NCBI RefSeq assembly: GCF_016432865.1
Contig: NC_067404.1
Coordinates: 71,734,001-71,798,000 of the forward strand
Source: Antechinus flavipes
Lineage: Eukaryota
Direction: 5' to 3'
Length of the DNA: 64,000 nucleotides
The first letter of the stretch is position 1, and every line of letters begins with the position of its first letter. A program made the translations under genes and the position numbers. This document shows, one piece after another, positions 35,025 through 47,799 of the stretch. The notes under the pieces are model-generated. The model had not been told where the DNA came from. It did no database searches and worked only from the letters and a program-made list of their open reading frames with translations.

Positions 35025-35153
35025 NNNNNNNNNNNNNNNNNNNNNNNNNNNNNNNNNNNNNNNNNNNNNNNNNNNNNNNNNNNNNNNNNNNNNNNNNNNN
35101 NNNNNNNNNNNNNNNNNNNNNNNNNNNNNNNNNNNNNNNNNNNNNNNNNNNNN
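35025..35153. other. Assembly gap (129 N)
   Basis: Read directly. Confidence 1.
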
Positions 35154-35582
35154 TTAAGGCTCATGTTAGTCTGAAACACCTCCACACACACAAGATTGAT
35201 TCTCCCCAATTCAGACCAAATGTTCATTCTCTAAACATAGAAATATAAAAAACAGCCAATGCTTAGCACATAGGAATTAAACACAAGTAAACCCCCCCAC
35301 ACACACATACCCCTTATCTGTGCCTAACAGACTCTAGGCCTTGAAGATGAGCAGCCCACAGCCATGCTGCTCCTTCTGCTCTCTGCCTGGGCCCTCTCTC
35401 ACCCACAATGCCAGAGTCTATCCCATTCCCCACCTCCACGTGCCAGCCTGGGGTTCCACGCCTTTACTGCCTAACTAAAGTCAAATAGGTCAGAGTTCGT
35501 GAGCTCCACCACAACCCCAGCAAGCACACGGGAGGCCAGGGGACAGGCAACAGTACCGACAGGCAGCACCAAGACAGGGACC

Positions 35583-35609
35583 ATGGGTGCCAAAGGTTCA
35601 AGTTCCAGG
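35583..35609 (+). other. Candidate coding end of a first exon (MGAKGSSSR)
   Basis: ACCATGG Kozak context, phase-0 donor AGG|GTGAGC, GC-rich non-repeat block at about 35340-35830. Confidence 0.2.
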
Positions 35610-37071
35610 GTGAGCTAATCCCAGGAGCCTGCCCCAACCAGTCCCAGGGGAGGAAAATTATAGCCCTCCCCTATACTGTTCTTTCTCTCCTCCTCCCTCC
35701 ACCACCATTCTCAAAGGAGGGAACCAGTCCCTCCTCCTTCTGATGGCTTTAAGCTATTGCTGAGGAATAGTGAAGGGGACACCGCAGGGTCATCAGGTCA
35801 CCTGGAGCCAGAGAGAGCATATCTGGAGTCAAACCGAATCTAATACCATAATAAATGGATGTGGTAATAATAAGGTTAGAGCCAAGTCTCAAAGTAGAAG
35901 GAGGATGCCATGAGTGGCCCATGGGGGGACAAACCGCACAGTCTAGGCCTTCACCTAAACGGGGTCTTGAAAAGAGAAGAATTTAAATGCAGAGAAGAAA
36001 ATGAAGGGGTTAAAGATTAGGAGGGCAATGTTCGTACTACCACATTTCATTTGTGATTTCAAAACAACCATCTAATAATAGAAAAATATCCATTAAAGCT
36101 TAAAGAAAAAGAAGAGTCTTTTGAAGCCCAGTATAATCACCATTTCCAGTGTCTTCTTAAAAGCCTTTTAGATAGTTTGACAACATATAGAATCCATAGT
36201 TCATTTCTCAACATGTAAAATGCTCGTTTCCTAATGCCCCGTGCCAACAATGGAAGGTGGCTGATGAATAGGCAGTTTTGAAAATGAGCCAGAGATCTCT
36301 TTAAAAACCATAGAATTCTTGGCCATCCCGAGGCCCCCACGATGGTAATCACTACTAAACGCATGCCGTTCTTGTCCCCTTTGGGTGTCCCCTTTGGTTT
36401 ACAAGAAGGGCAAACTTCCAAAGCTAAGGTTAGAGAAAAGCCCTTTTAGAATGATCCACAGAAAACAAGAAGAAAGCTGTTCAGCAGCTTAACATTTGCT
36501 TTTGTTTGCAACTCACAGAAGCAGCTGCTTTCTGGGCTGATAATAAATTGCACTGGGTGCCCTCTGCCTTTTTCAGTCCATCCAAGTTTCTAGGGAGGAC
36601 TGGTATGGATTATACAATAAAAAGCCTGGCATCACATCTACTTTTAAGTGAATTTTCTACCCTATCTTTAAGTGGGAAAGCTGATGCTAGGGAGCTATAT
36701 GTTTTTCATTTTGCCCACTTCTGAGCATCATCCCTAGCAAATGCTACAAGTCCTTCCATTTTTGCTGCTGTCATTTTTAAGAAGGAATAACCAATGGCCC
36801 AGAAACAAGAAGTGGCCTGATGTGACGTTCCACCTTCTCTTATTGACTTTTAAATCGATGCTGTAGTGGGCTGACTTAGAAAAGGCAGTAGTCAGGGAGT
36901 GTCTCAAAACCAAAAGCAAGTGGTCACAGATCATAAAATGGAATAATCTGCAGGAAGTTCTTGGAGATCATTGCTAGCTACTCAAAACCCTTCTAAAGCA
37001 ACACAGACTTCCTGGATTCCATTTACAAATCATTTTTTAAAAACCTGTAATTTCCACTTTCTCGCCTTCAG

Positions 37072-37123
37072 TCACATAAACTAACACACAAATACTTTGG
37101 GTGTCTGTCAGGGAGTAGCCTAG
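37072..37123 (+). other. Candidate 52-nt internal exon
   Basis: Acceptor TAATTTCCACTTTCTCGCCTTCAG, donor TAG|GTAAGC; only frame 0 is open (SHKLTHKYFGCLSGSSL). Confidence 0.3.
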
Positions 37124-37364
37124 GTAAGCAAACCTGGAAATTCCTTGACAATACTTGGAAACAATTTTTTAAAACCTATTCAATACTTCTAGATCTGACA
37201 ATGCAGTTTTTTAATTCCTGTTCCTGATGAAACTTAGATCCTTAGGAAGAAAATCATAGGAAAATAAGCATTCACTTTGTCCCTGAGGTTGCTTGATCTG
37301 CCATGATTGTCAAAAAAAAAAAAAATACGGGGGATGATGGTGGACTAAATACAATCTCTGGGAC

Positions 37365-37620
37365 ATCACAGCTAAGAGGAAATGTAGTAATTGGATAGAA
37401 TGTTGGGCTTGTAGTTTGGGAGACATGAGTTTCAATTCCACCATCAGACACTTAAGGGCACTTATATTTGCCTCATCAAAGATAATGGCCAACTCACTAA
37501 ACCCCTCTAAACTTCATCTGTGAAATGGGGGTAATAACTGAACTACCTTCCTCAGGCTGTGAGGATCATATAAGAGGTATGAGACACTTTGAAAACTCTT
37601 AAAATACTGTAAAAATGGCA
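37365..37620 (+). mobile_element. MIR SINE
   Basis: CTTCATCTGTGAAATGGGGGTAATAAC...GGCTGTGAGGATC. Confidence 0.8.
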
Positions 37621-40439
37621 CTTATTTTCACTGCATGCAGTGGTTGGGGATTCAGCCCCCCTCAGTTACACTACAGAGAAAAAAGATTTTCAGAAGTATA
37701 GTTCTCTTTTAAGGCTGAAGTTTTAACAAGTCAACCATTTCATTTTGATCTTATTTCAGAGGCACAACTCCCTGAATAATTGTTCTTGTACAGTAGTCAT
37801 TATGATTTCCTGAATGAAAGAAATGAAAAGGAGGACTTCTGTGATGTACAAAGCCATTTCATGGGTATAGTCTTCCATCGTAGAGGTTTCTCTTCTAACT
37901 TGGGTGGGGCCAAAAATATTTGTAAGAATAAGATAAGAACTTAAAATTAATTGCCTGACGACTTCATCACTTTATCAGAGTGAGGGGCTCATTGCTTATT
38001 TCAGAATTCATGGGATGCAGTGAGATATCTGGAGATTATGTTGACCGTTTAAACGCTTGATTCAAAGAAACGTTGACTCCTTAATTCTTCTCGTCGTGTT
38101 TTACATGGAAGAGAATTATATTTATCATTAGTCAAGAAAATTAATCTTGTAAAAAATTACTGGCATTGTGCAGCCCAATTATGATATTTGAAGAAATCTT
38201 TATTTGGTTTTCAAAATATCTCCAGAAACAAAGGAAGTTGATTATGCTTTTTTGTTGGGAGGAGGAAGCATCTGTCTCTATCAGTAGAGAGGGCTCTTCC
38301 CCCTTAAAATTGATTTGAGAAAAGGGCCTAGAGTGTTTTTCACTTTAGCAAAGTTACTTAGCTAGTCAGACAGTCCTCCTGAGTTTCATTTTAAATTTCT
38401 GAAAGACCTCAGAACCCCAGTTAAATTTTTCCAGGGTGAAAACTGAGCAAATTTTTTTTTCTGCTAATACAATAAGTCAGAAAGAAACAATCTTAACTAA
38501 GTAAGAAACGCTTAATCTAACTTTGTTGAAAATCCCCTTACCTAGAAATATAACTGCTTTTTCTTGGACTTTTGAATAAAGATTTCCTGGGCTACTTCAT
38601 CAGAATTGATAATGAGAAATCACAGTTATAACCAAAAAACTGTTTTTCTTCCATCTCCCTTCTTCAGTTTCCTTTTTCCTTTCTTCTTCTTCTTTTTTTT
38701 TTTTTTTTGGCAATTCCATGGAGTCGGGCAAGATGACCTTCTAAGATCCTTTCCAATTCTCCATCTATGAACTTTTCTGAGGTCAAAGTGGTAATCTGTG
38801 CCAACCAAAAATCTCATTGACTTTTCAAACTAGCTTCTAAGTTAATCTCACCAAATCTTCATTTTCAAACTCTAACAGCTTACAGTCTGTATTGTTTAAG
38901 TGTTAGCACTCTTCACTGATAGATGTTTCAACAAGGTTACTGCAGTCTCCTAATCTTCCAAGTCACCATGCTAAAATGGGTCATTTCAGGGGAGCTAAGT
39001 CCCTACCCTAATTAATTTGTAAACCTAAGTCTGAATAACCTTTGATGACTAAATTAGGTTCTAAAATCAAGTAAACATCAGTTTTAATCAGGATTAATAC
39101 TCAACAGAGATTATATTTCTACAGGCTGGTGACAAACACTACATGGTACATAGCATAATAACCATTTGTGAGGATGAATAAAGGATTGGGGCACATAGTA
39201 CACTTAGAAAGTTATGAGATCAGCATCGAACGGGATAGCTGGGCCCAACCTAAGGTGGCAACTTTTTTTGTCGAATGTGATTTAGTGCTTTTTTTTCTTG
39301 CTTAATGTTCATGGCATAAATAACCCCAGGCTAGAACTGGCCCTATGATTACATGAGAACCCGAGTGCCCCATTCCAAGATAATCTGATTACCATATCCA
39401 CAGCATAATTGAGATTCTTCTAAGTATTTATGATATTTACTGGATGATAAGGAAGGGGACTCAGGTGGTAGAGAGAAATGACATGAGTAAAATCTTGGGA
39501 ACCTTGTACTATTTGTGCAGGATCTTTGTTGATTAGAATAATAAAAGGAAATTTGTCATCTCTACAAAGTACAGGGAATTGGTTCAATTGCACATTACTT
39601 GGGTACCACACAAGCCAATCTCCCAAAATTCCTGTGGCCGTCATTAAAGTGATAAATGGCCCCTAAAGAGGGAGAGGGGGAAGGGGCAAGGAAAATCATT
39701 AAGATTAAAGCTGATTTCTATTGTGCATCTTTTCGTGTTCTTCAATGCTGTACAGAGCCACTGAATTAATTGCTTTAAAAGTTTATCAAATGTTCAAATT
39801 GCTTATGAAAGAATTTTATCTCTGCTGCCTCAGAATTACACTTGGAAAATTACAACCCCAAAATGACAATTATCCCTTGGTATTTTGCTATAGACACTCA
39901 AAATAGATTGCTGAGTGAGAAATTAAACCTGATTCTGTTCACGACAGGATTGTCATTATCTGGGAAAGGTTTCAAACTTGTCAGTTGTATTTCCTCTAAG
40001 CATATCTGATGGATGACTACCCAGAGTAGAAGCTTAGCCTTGCTTAAGTCCACAGTGACTCCAAAATCGAATGGGAAGTCTACATTATAGACATGTAGAT
40101 AATCAAACAGGTAATTAAGGCAAAGAAACTGATCCTATGGTCTTTTGCCTAACTTATTTACAAGTTATTTTTGAGGACTGTTTCATTTGCCACGGTTTGC
40201 TTTGTATGCTGATAGGATCTTCTGACATGTCAGCTGCTACACCAGCTTTGTGTCACCTAAATCGATAAGAAATGTGCAACTGATAAGGGCTGAGCATAGA
40301 CTCCTGTGGCAGTTCATTACAGACTTCATTCCAAGTTGCCTTTAATCAACAGTCTTGAAATGTGGCTGGTTAACAAGCTTTGAATTCACCCTTGGGGAAA
40401 TGTGCTAGAAAACTAAAGAAAATGAAGTAATTTTTAAAA

Positions 40440-40530
40440 GATCTTAAACTGAGTCAAATGGAAAAATATTTGTAAAAAGCGATTGGCACAGTTCCTGGCA
40501 CATAGCGGATGCTACATAAATGTCCGTTCC
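40440..40530 (-). mobile_element. MIR/L2-type tail fragment
   Basis: GGCACAGTTCCTGGCACATAG motif; strand and family uncertain. Confidence 0.35.
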
Positions 40531-42749
40531 TTCTCTTGCTGCGTCCAAATCAATCAACAAGAATTTAAAAAAAAAACAAAATAGAAAAATATCTGAGTGA
40601 AAAAGGTGATGAATCAGCTGGATAATCAAGGAAATTTTTCACTTTTAGTATAGATATTTTGGGGTCTTATAGGCAATATGATATCGTATTTCCAATATCC
40701 AAGTAGATCTGTTCAATATTTGGAATTTAAAAAAACAGTGTTTTGAGCACCTACTATGCACAAAAATACTGCTAGGAGCAGGGAAATAGAACAGGATTAC
40801 TAAGAAGACTAAGCATGTATAAAAGGTGCTCCCAAAACCCTCAACTTCCTAACCATTAGAAGTATTCCAAAGTGGTGGAACGGGTTGCCTCATGAGCTAG
40901 TGGTTTTCCCCATTTCTTTTTCAAATCTATTTTTTTAATTCTCTCATTTTCTCTTTCTGTGATTCTGTGAAGACATATGTGATCCCTGCCCTTTTAGGGG
41001 GCTTACTAGGAGTAATAAGGCAGAAGATGTAGAATACAAGAGACAATGGGGTGTGTAGTTGGAGCGGTTGAGCCAAAGACCTATAGGAGTACAGATATGA
41101 AGGAGGTTACCTCTGGCAGAGGGAAATTAGAGCAGACTGAATAGGAAGTCTTTGTCTCACAAATGGCATAGCTGATGGGTAACCATCCTATAGTAAGACA
41201 CTCCTCTTCCCTATACATTTCACTCCCCCCCATTCTATAAATATGGAGTTTTCGATTTGGTGTATAGCTTATATTTTTCCAGGCTGCATGTGCTGTTCCC
41301 CATGGAATCAGTTGACTACCTAGTGCTGATGCATTTTACATTGTGTTGGGGGCAGACACACTGGGCACCGTGACACAACACCATCTGCCACCGGCTCCCT
41401 GCTTTCTTGTTGCATGGCACTGACGCCAAAGTCACTCCGAGCTAAGTTAATGAATTTTGTAAAGGAACAAAGAAAAATATGTTTTGTTTTGCCATTTCCA
41501 TAATGACATAGCCCCAGCTGATGATTTCCCCCGTATAGTGTTGACAGCTTAAGTCAATTTAGCTTTCGGAAAAGTAAATTCAAATAGAACCTCTAATTCA
41601 GTTGTACGTATTGGTGTTTAGACCAAAAAACATGCGATTGTTTATATTTAATTTAACAGGCTCAAACCCCATCAGTCTATCGCTTCCACATCTCATATCT
41701 TCTTTGTGTCAAGTAAAATGGCTTAACTGAAGTCCGTGGACACCGACTAACCGGTTGGAAAAGGCCCCATAATGCCCACTACAAAATGAGTAAGAATAAG
41801 AAGAGAAAGTTGGCCCCAACAACCTCTCTCAAGACAGGGACCAGAGTTGGATATAGTGTACCCAGAATCACACAGCTAAGCTAAGTACACAGTGGGGCAG
41901 CAGCACAGAGTGATGAATTCTTCACGTGAAGGCTTTCAAAAATGGCCTACTTGTACCTTTGTCTTAATGTAACTAAATATGGAGCATTTCTACAGAAGAA
42001 GCACCAAGTAACCAAGTAAGAAGAATGACTAGAAGCTAGATGTTAAGAGGGGCTTACAAAAAGCCTTACACAAGGAAGGGCCATCTTAATTAGAACCTCA
42101 AGGTTTTCTGTTAGAGTGAAGGAAGTTTTCCCTTATAACTAACAACACACAATCTCAATTTTGGGCAAGATAAAATTCTTCAGTGTCTTTCCCTGATGAT
42201 CCAATCATCCATCTATATTAACCATAGGAAATGGGGTAGGCCACGTACTAGGTCAAGGTAATCTATATCCTGTGTTAGACTGTAGATTCCAAAAATACAT
42301 TTTACTCCTTTCTAATTTGTATTTAAATAAGCTATATGTTGAATTTCAATAGAAATATTTTATTTTCAATAAATTATGTATTTGTAAAGCTCTAAGCTAT
42401 ATATGAAATTGTAGCATAAATATATAAATGATATAAATATATTTATCTACCTAGATAAATTTAGAGTCCACATCTATACTACCATAGTTACAGTGACCCA
42501 GGCTCCGATTTGATCTATTCTGTTTCCTATCGCTCATCTTGGTACCGGGTCACATTTCAGAGATATGAAAAAATGCCACCTGCTTTTTTTTTTCTTTTTT
42601 CAGATTTGTGATTTCACTTGGAGTTAAAAAAAAAAAAAACTCTCCTCCAAGGCAGAGTAACAAATAAATCCTATAATCCATAATCTTCGAAAGGTTGTCT
42701 GAGTTTATCTCCTTGTTAGCCCGAGGGGATTCAAACCCTAAGGTGAGGT

Positions 42750-44300
42750 GCGGGGATGGTCTACCACAAGCATGGAATGGGAGATGAAAATGATTTGTTC
42801 CAACGGCCATGAAGGCAGGTGAAGCAAGTGTTGTGGAGTGCTTATAGCTTGCTTGGACATCAAGACACCAAGGTCATCTAACTGTATCTCCAGTCACCAT
42901 TGTCGCCTTTACTGTGTCCTGCCACTGGATGGTGATGACTCTGGCAGAGAGAAATAGCCACAGACTTCGCGTAGCTCTGCCTCACTTAAATCTAATTTTC
43001 TCAGGAATCAAAAGGCATCCCCCAAGCCATTTTTGCCATTTCTACCCTCAAAGCCCTATGGTGATGGGCCAATGAAAAAGCAGCAGGTGCAGAGGCAGTG
43101 GGAGCTGCAGTCACAATCCCACACATTGGTGGTGCAGACCATAGTGTCATCTTCTCACTGGAAGCAGCAGTGGGATTTAGCAGCCCCCTGGGTATCTGAG
43201 CAGCCTTTTAAGGATTGCACTGCTTACCCCACAGGGACTAGAAAAAGTGCCCTCAACATTGTCTGTTTACCCAACCCTGACCGGATTACCGGGGCAGGCC
43301 GGGATCCCACCCTGTGGTGGAAACACTAAAAAAAAAATGTACAAAAATTTCTGCAAAGTTGATTCCACTCACTATTGGTACAATAGAACTCATGTACACT
43401 TATAGATAACATAAAATTCAGTAGACCTGAAAGACGAACGGTCCCTGTTGCAAGAGAACTCAACAATATCATATCCAAATAGCGGCCCTGAGTGAAACAA
43501 GACTGGCAAGTGAAGGTCAGTTGCTTGAAGTGGGTGCTGGATATTCATTCTTCTGGATTGGCCACAGTGAGAAGGAGTTCTGTGAAGCCAGTGTAAGTTA
43601 TCAAAATTCTTCTAGTCAACGAGTTCTTATGTCTTCCAAAAGGAATGAATGACAATGCGATTACTACTTGCAGGAAAACTCCATGCCTCCATCCTCACTG
43701 CCTGTGTTCCCACCATGAAGAATCCTGATGAGGTCAAAGAAAAATTTTATGAAGACCTATAGACCCTCATCATCAATGTGCCAAAAGCAGACAAGCTTTG
43801 GATGCTGTGGGTAAGTCCACTTACCTTGGCAGTATATTTTCCAGGAATGTCCACATCGATTGATATATGCATTACCAGAGCTTGCTCAGTGTTTGCGTGG
43901 GATTGAAGGCAAGAATGGAAGAGGAGAGGTATTATACTGACTATCAAACCGAAAGTCTACAGAGTCGTTGTGCTGAGCTTATTTGTTATATATGCCTGTG
44001 AAACCTGGACGACATACCATCGCCATGCCGGGATAGTTACTGCTTCCATTTGAATTGTCTTAGGAAGCTTCTGAAGATCCCCTGACAAGATAAGGTACCA
44101 AACACTTTCTCAAACTAAACCTCCCAGCTTTCCAGTTCTCCTGCAGAGCGTGTAACTCCATTGGGCTGGCCACATTGTTCAAATTTCAAACATAGCCTGC
44201 CAAAAAGACTATTTTATGGAGAACACAGAGGGTAAATGTTCACAAGGTGGTCAGAAAAAGCAATACAAGGACACTCTCGAGGTCTCTCTTCAGAATTTTA
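42750..44300 (+). mobile_element. RTE LINE, 5' part: 5'UTR, endonuclease, internal deletion and post-RT region
   Basis: Translated motifs IAALSETRLA and EVGAGYSFFW (about 43480-43560), VPKADKL joined to LDAVGKSTYLGS at about 43797, YACETWT (about 43990-44012) and GGQKKQYKDTL (about 44246-44280). Confidence 0.9.
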
Positions 44301-46877
44301 CTTCTCTGATGAATATTGATGCAAGAATCTTAAATAAAATACCAGCAAAGAGATTATAGCAACTTATCACCAGAATAATACACTGTGATGAAGTGAGATC
44401 TATACCAGGAATGCAGGACAGGTTCAATACAAGAAAAACTAGCAGCATAACTGACTATACCAATAACCAAATTGACAGAAATCATGTGATTATCTCAGTA
44501 GATACAGAAGACCCATTTGACAAAATACAAAACACACTCCTATTAAAAAATACTAGAGAGCATAGAAATAAATGGAGTTTTCCTTAAAATAATATCTATC
44601 TGAAGCAAACATTACATGCGATGGGTATTAGCTAGAGGCATTTCCAATAAGATCAGGGTGAAACAAGCTTGTCCATTATCACCACTATTATTCAATATTG
44701 TACTAGAAATGTTACCTATTGAAATAAGAGAAGAAAAAGAAATTGAAGGAATTAGTATAGGTAATGAGGAAATAGAACTATCACTCTTTGCAGATGATAT
44801 GATGGTATATTTAGAGAATTCTGGAGAATCAACCAAAAAACGACTAGAAACGATTCACAACATTAGCAAAGTTACAAGATATAAAATAAATCTACATGAG
44901 TCATTGGCGTTTCTATGTTACCAACAAAGCCCAGCAATAAAAGATAGAGAAATCCCATTTAAAATATGTGCATATGATACAAAATATTTGGGAGTCTACC
45001 TGCCAACACAAAGTCAGGAATTATACAAACACAATTACAAAACACTTTTCACACAAAGTTAGATCTGAACAAATGGAAGAATATCAAGTACTCATGGATA
45101 AACCGAGCTAATAGAATAAAAATGGCAATTCTACCCAAATTAATCTACTTATTCAGTACCATACCAATCAGACTGCCAAGAAATTCTTTCATAGAGCTAG
45201 AAAAAATAAGAACAAAGTTCATCTGGAAGAATAAAAGGTCAAGAATTTCAGGGGAATTAATGGAAAAAATGCAAAGGAAGATGGCTTAGCTGTACCAGAC
45301 CTAAAACTATATTATAAAGCAGTGGTCATCAAAACCATTTGGTACTGGCTAATAAATAGAGTAGTAGATCAATGGAATAGATTGGGTTCACAAGACATAA
45401 TAATCAATGACTGCAGTATCTAGTGTTTAATAAACTCAAAGATCCCAGCTTCTGGGATAAGAACTCACTATTTGACAAAAACTGCTAGCAAAACTGGAAA
45501 ATAGTATGTCAGAAACTAGGCATTGACCAACATCTAACACCCTCTACCAAGATAAAGTTGAAATGGGCTCATGATTTAGACATAAAGGGTGATACTATAA
45601 GCAAATTAGGAGAACAAGGGATAATTTGCTTCTCAGACCTGTAGAGAAGGAAGGAATTTATGGCCAAAGAAGAACTAGAGAATATTATGAAATGCAAAAT
45701 GGATAATTTTGATTACATTAAAGGAAAAAGGTTTTTGCACAAACAGGATGCATGCTGCCAAGATTAAGAGGGAAGCACAAAGCTGGGGAAAATGTTTATA
45801 GCCAGTGTTTTGATAAAGACCTCATTTCTAAAACTTATAGTTGATTCAGATTTATAAAAATACAAGCCATTCTCCAATTGATAAATGGTGAAAAGATATA
45901 TCTTCTTCAGACAAGAAATGAAAGCCATTTCTAGTCATGTGAAAAAAACGCTCTAATCACTATTGATTAGAGAAATGCAAATTAAGACAATGCTGAGGTA
46001 CCACTTCACCTGTTTCAGATAGGCTAAAATGACAGGAAAATATAATGACAAATGTTGGAAGGGGTGTTGTTGGTGGAGTTGTGAAATGATCCAAACCATT
46101 CTGAAGAGGAATTTGGAACTGTGCCCAAAGAGCTATCAAACTGTGCTTATCCTTTGATCCATGGGCTTATATCCCAAAGAGATCATAAAAAATGGAAAAG
46201 GACTCACATGTGCAAAAATGCGTATAGTAGCCTTTTTTGTAGTGGCAATGAAGTGGAAACTGAGTGGCTGCCCATCAGTTGGAGAATGACTGAATTAGTT
46301 ATGGTAAATGAATGTTATGGGATATTATTGTTCTATAAGAAACAATCAGGAGGATGATTTCAGAGATACCTGGAGCGACTTACATGAATTGATGCTAAGT
46401 GAAATGAGCAGAACCAGGAGATCATTGTACAAGACAACAACAAGATTATATGATGATCAGCTCTGATGGACTTGACTCTTTTCAACAGTGAGATGATTTG
46501 AGGCAATTCCCATAGACTTGTGATAGAAAATGCCATCCACATCCAGAGAGAGAATTATAGAGACTGAATGTGGATTAAAGCACAGTATTTTCACCTTTTG
46601 TTGTTGTTTGTTTGATTTTTTTTTCCTTTCTCATGGTTTTTCCCCTTTTTACCTGATTTTTCTTGGGCAGCATGATTTGTATGGAAATAATGTTTAGGCC
46701 AATCGCATGTTGAATCTATATTGGATTGCTTGCTGACTTGGGGAGGAGGAAAAAAAGGGAGAAAACTTTGGAACACAGGGTTTTGCAAAGATGAACGTTG
46801 AAAACTATCTTTGCATGTATTTGGAAAAAATAAAATACTATTAAAAAGTCAAAAACAGGAAACAAAACAAACAAAAA
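44301..46877 (+). mobile_element. 5'-truncated 2.6-kb L1 (ORF2 RT to 3'UTR) nested in the RTE
   Basis: Begins at SLMNIDARILNKI. ORF 44616-45062 has RT motifs (CPLSPLLFNIVLE, SLFADDMMVYLE). Multiple stops and frameshifts; A-rich tail at about 46840-46877; degenerate TSD CAGAATTTTA (44291-44300) and AAGAACTTTA (46878-46887). Confidence 0.95.
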
Positions 46878-47190
46878 AAGAACTTTAGAATTGATTGTAT
46901 GACTTGGGAAACACTGGCACGGGACTGCCCAGCATGGTATGTCCTCATCAGAGAAAGTTCTGTGCTCTACAAGCAAAGTACAATTGATTAGCTCAAAAGA
47001 AATGTGAGATGTGTGAGGTTAGCGAAGTCATCCCAAATGGTCACAGGGACTATCTGTGTCCAATTTGCGGCAGAGAATTCCAAGCTCATGTTGGTCTGAT
47101 CAGCCACAAATGGACCCACTGTAAGTCAATGGTAACATAGTGATGTCACTTTGATTCTCTTTGAGCACAAAGGACAACCATCACCACCAT
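46878..47190 (+). mobile_element. RTE LINE, 3' end (continuation after the L1)
   Basis: Resumes with ...IDCMTWETLARDCPAW; C-terminal zinc-finger-like CPICGREFQAHVGLISH at about 47057-47107; (CAC)n-like tail. Confidence 0.9.
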
Positions 47191-47265
47191 CACCAACACC
47201 TAGCTCATATATATCCATACTTATTTTCAGTTTGTCTCTCCCATTAGAATAAGAGCTCCTAGAGG

Positions 47266-47447
47266 AAAGCTTCTAAAACTGTGGGTTATGACCTCATATG
47301 TGGTCTTGTAACTGAATGTGGGGCTTGTGAAATTATATGTTATCAGCATATAACATATGTTTGATTTATATACCTATATACGCAGGGTCATGTAAAAATT
47401 TCTTGAGCAAAAAGGGGTGGCAAGTGAAAAAAGTTTATAAAGCCCAA
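47266..47447. mobile_element. hAT/Charlie-like non-autonomous DNA transposon (MITE)
   Basis: Degenerate terminal inverted repeats GCTTCTAAAACT and AGTTTATAAAGC, with subterminal GTGGGTTATGACC and GGGGTGGCAAG motifs. Confidence 0.6.
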
Positions 47448-47605
47448 TCCTAGAGAAGAAAGACTGGTTTTTGCCTTTATTTAAATCCCCGTTTTGGCAA
47501 CTGAAAATCTTGCTGTTTAAGGGATTTATCCGGAGATCACATGTTAAAAAATACAATTTGCCTTTACATCTTCCTAACTTAGGAGTTCAAATCCCTTTCC
47601 TGTAC

Positions 47606-47799
47606 TCAAATGTCTCTTAGTTCCAGTCATATATATGGAGTTAAGTTTCCTCCAGTGAATTGAACAGCCTAGTCAAAACGACATAAACACAGATTTTCTC
47701 AATCAAATGTCTCTCAGTTTCAGCCATATATATGGAATTAAGTTTCCTCCAGTGAATTGAACAGCTTAGTCAAAATGACCTAAACACAGATTTTCTCAA
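47606..47799. repeat. Two-copy 97-bp tandem duplication
   Basis: Units 47606-47702 and 47703-47799; 7 substitutions by hand alignment, no indels. Confidence 0.95.
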
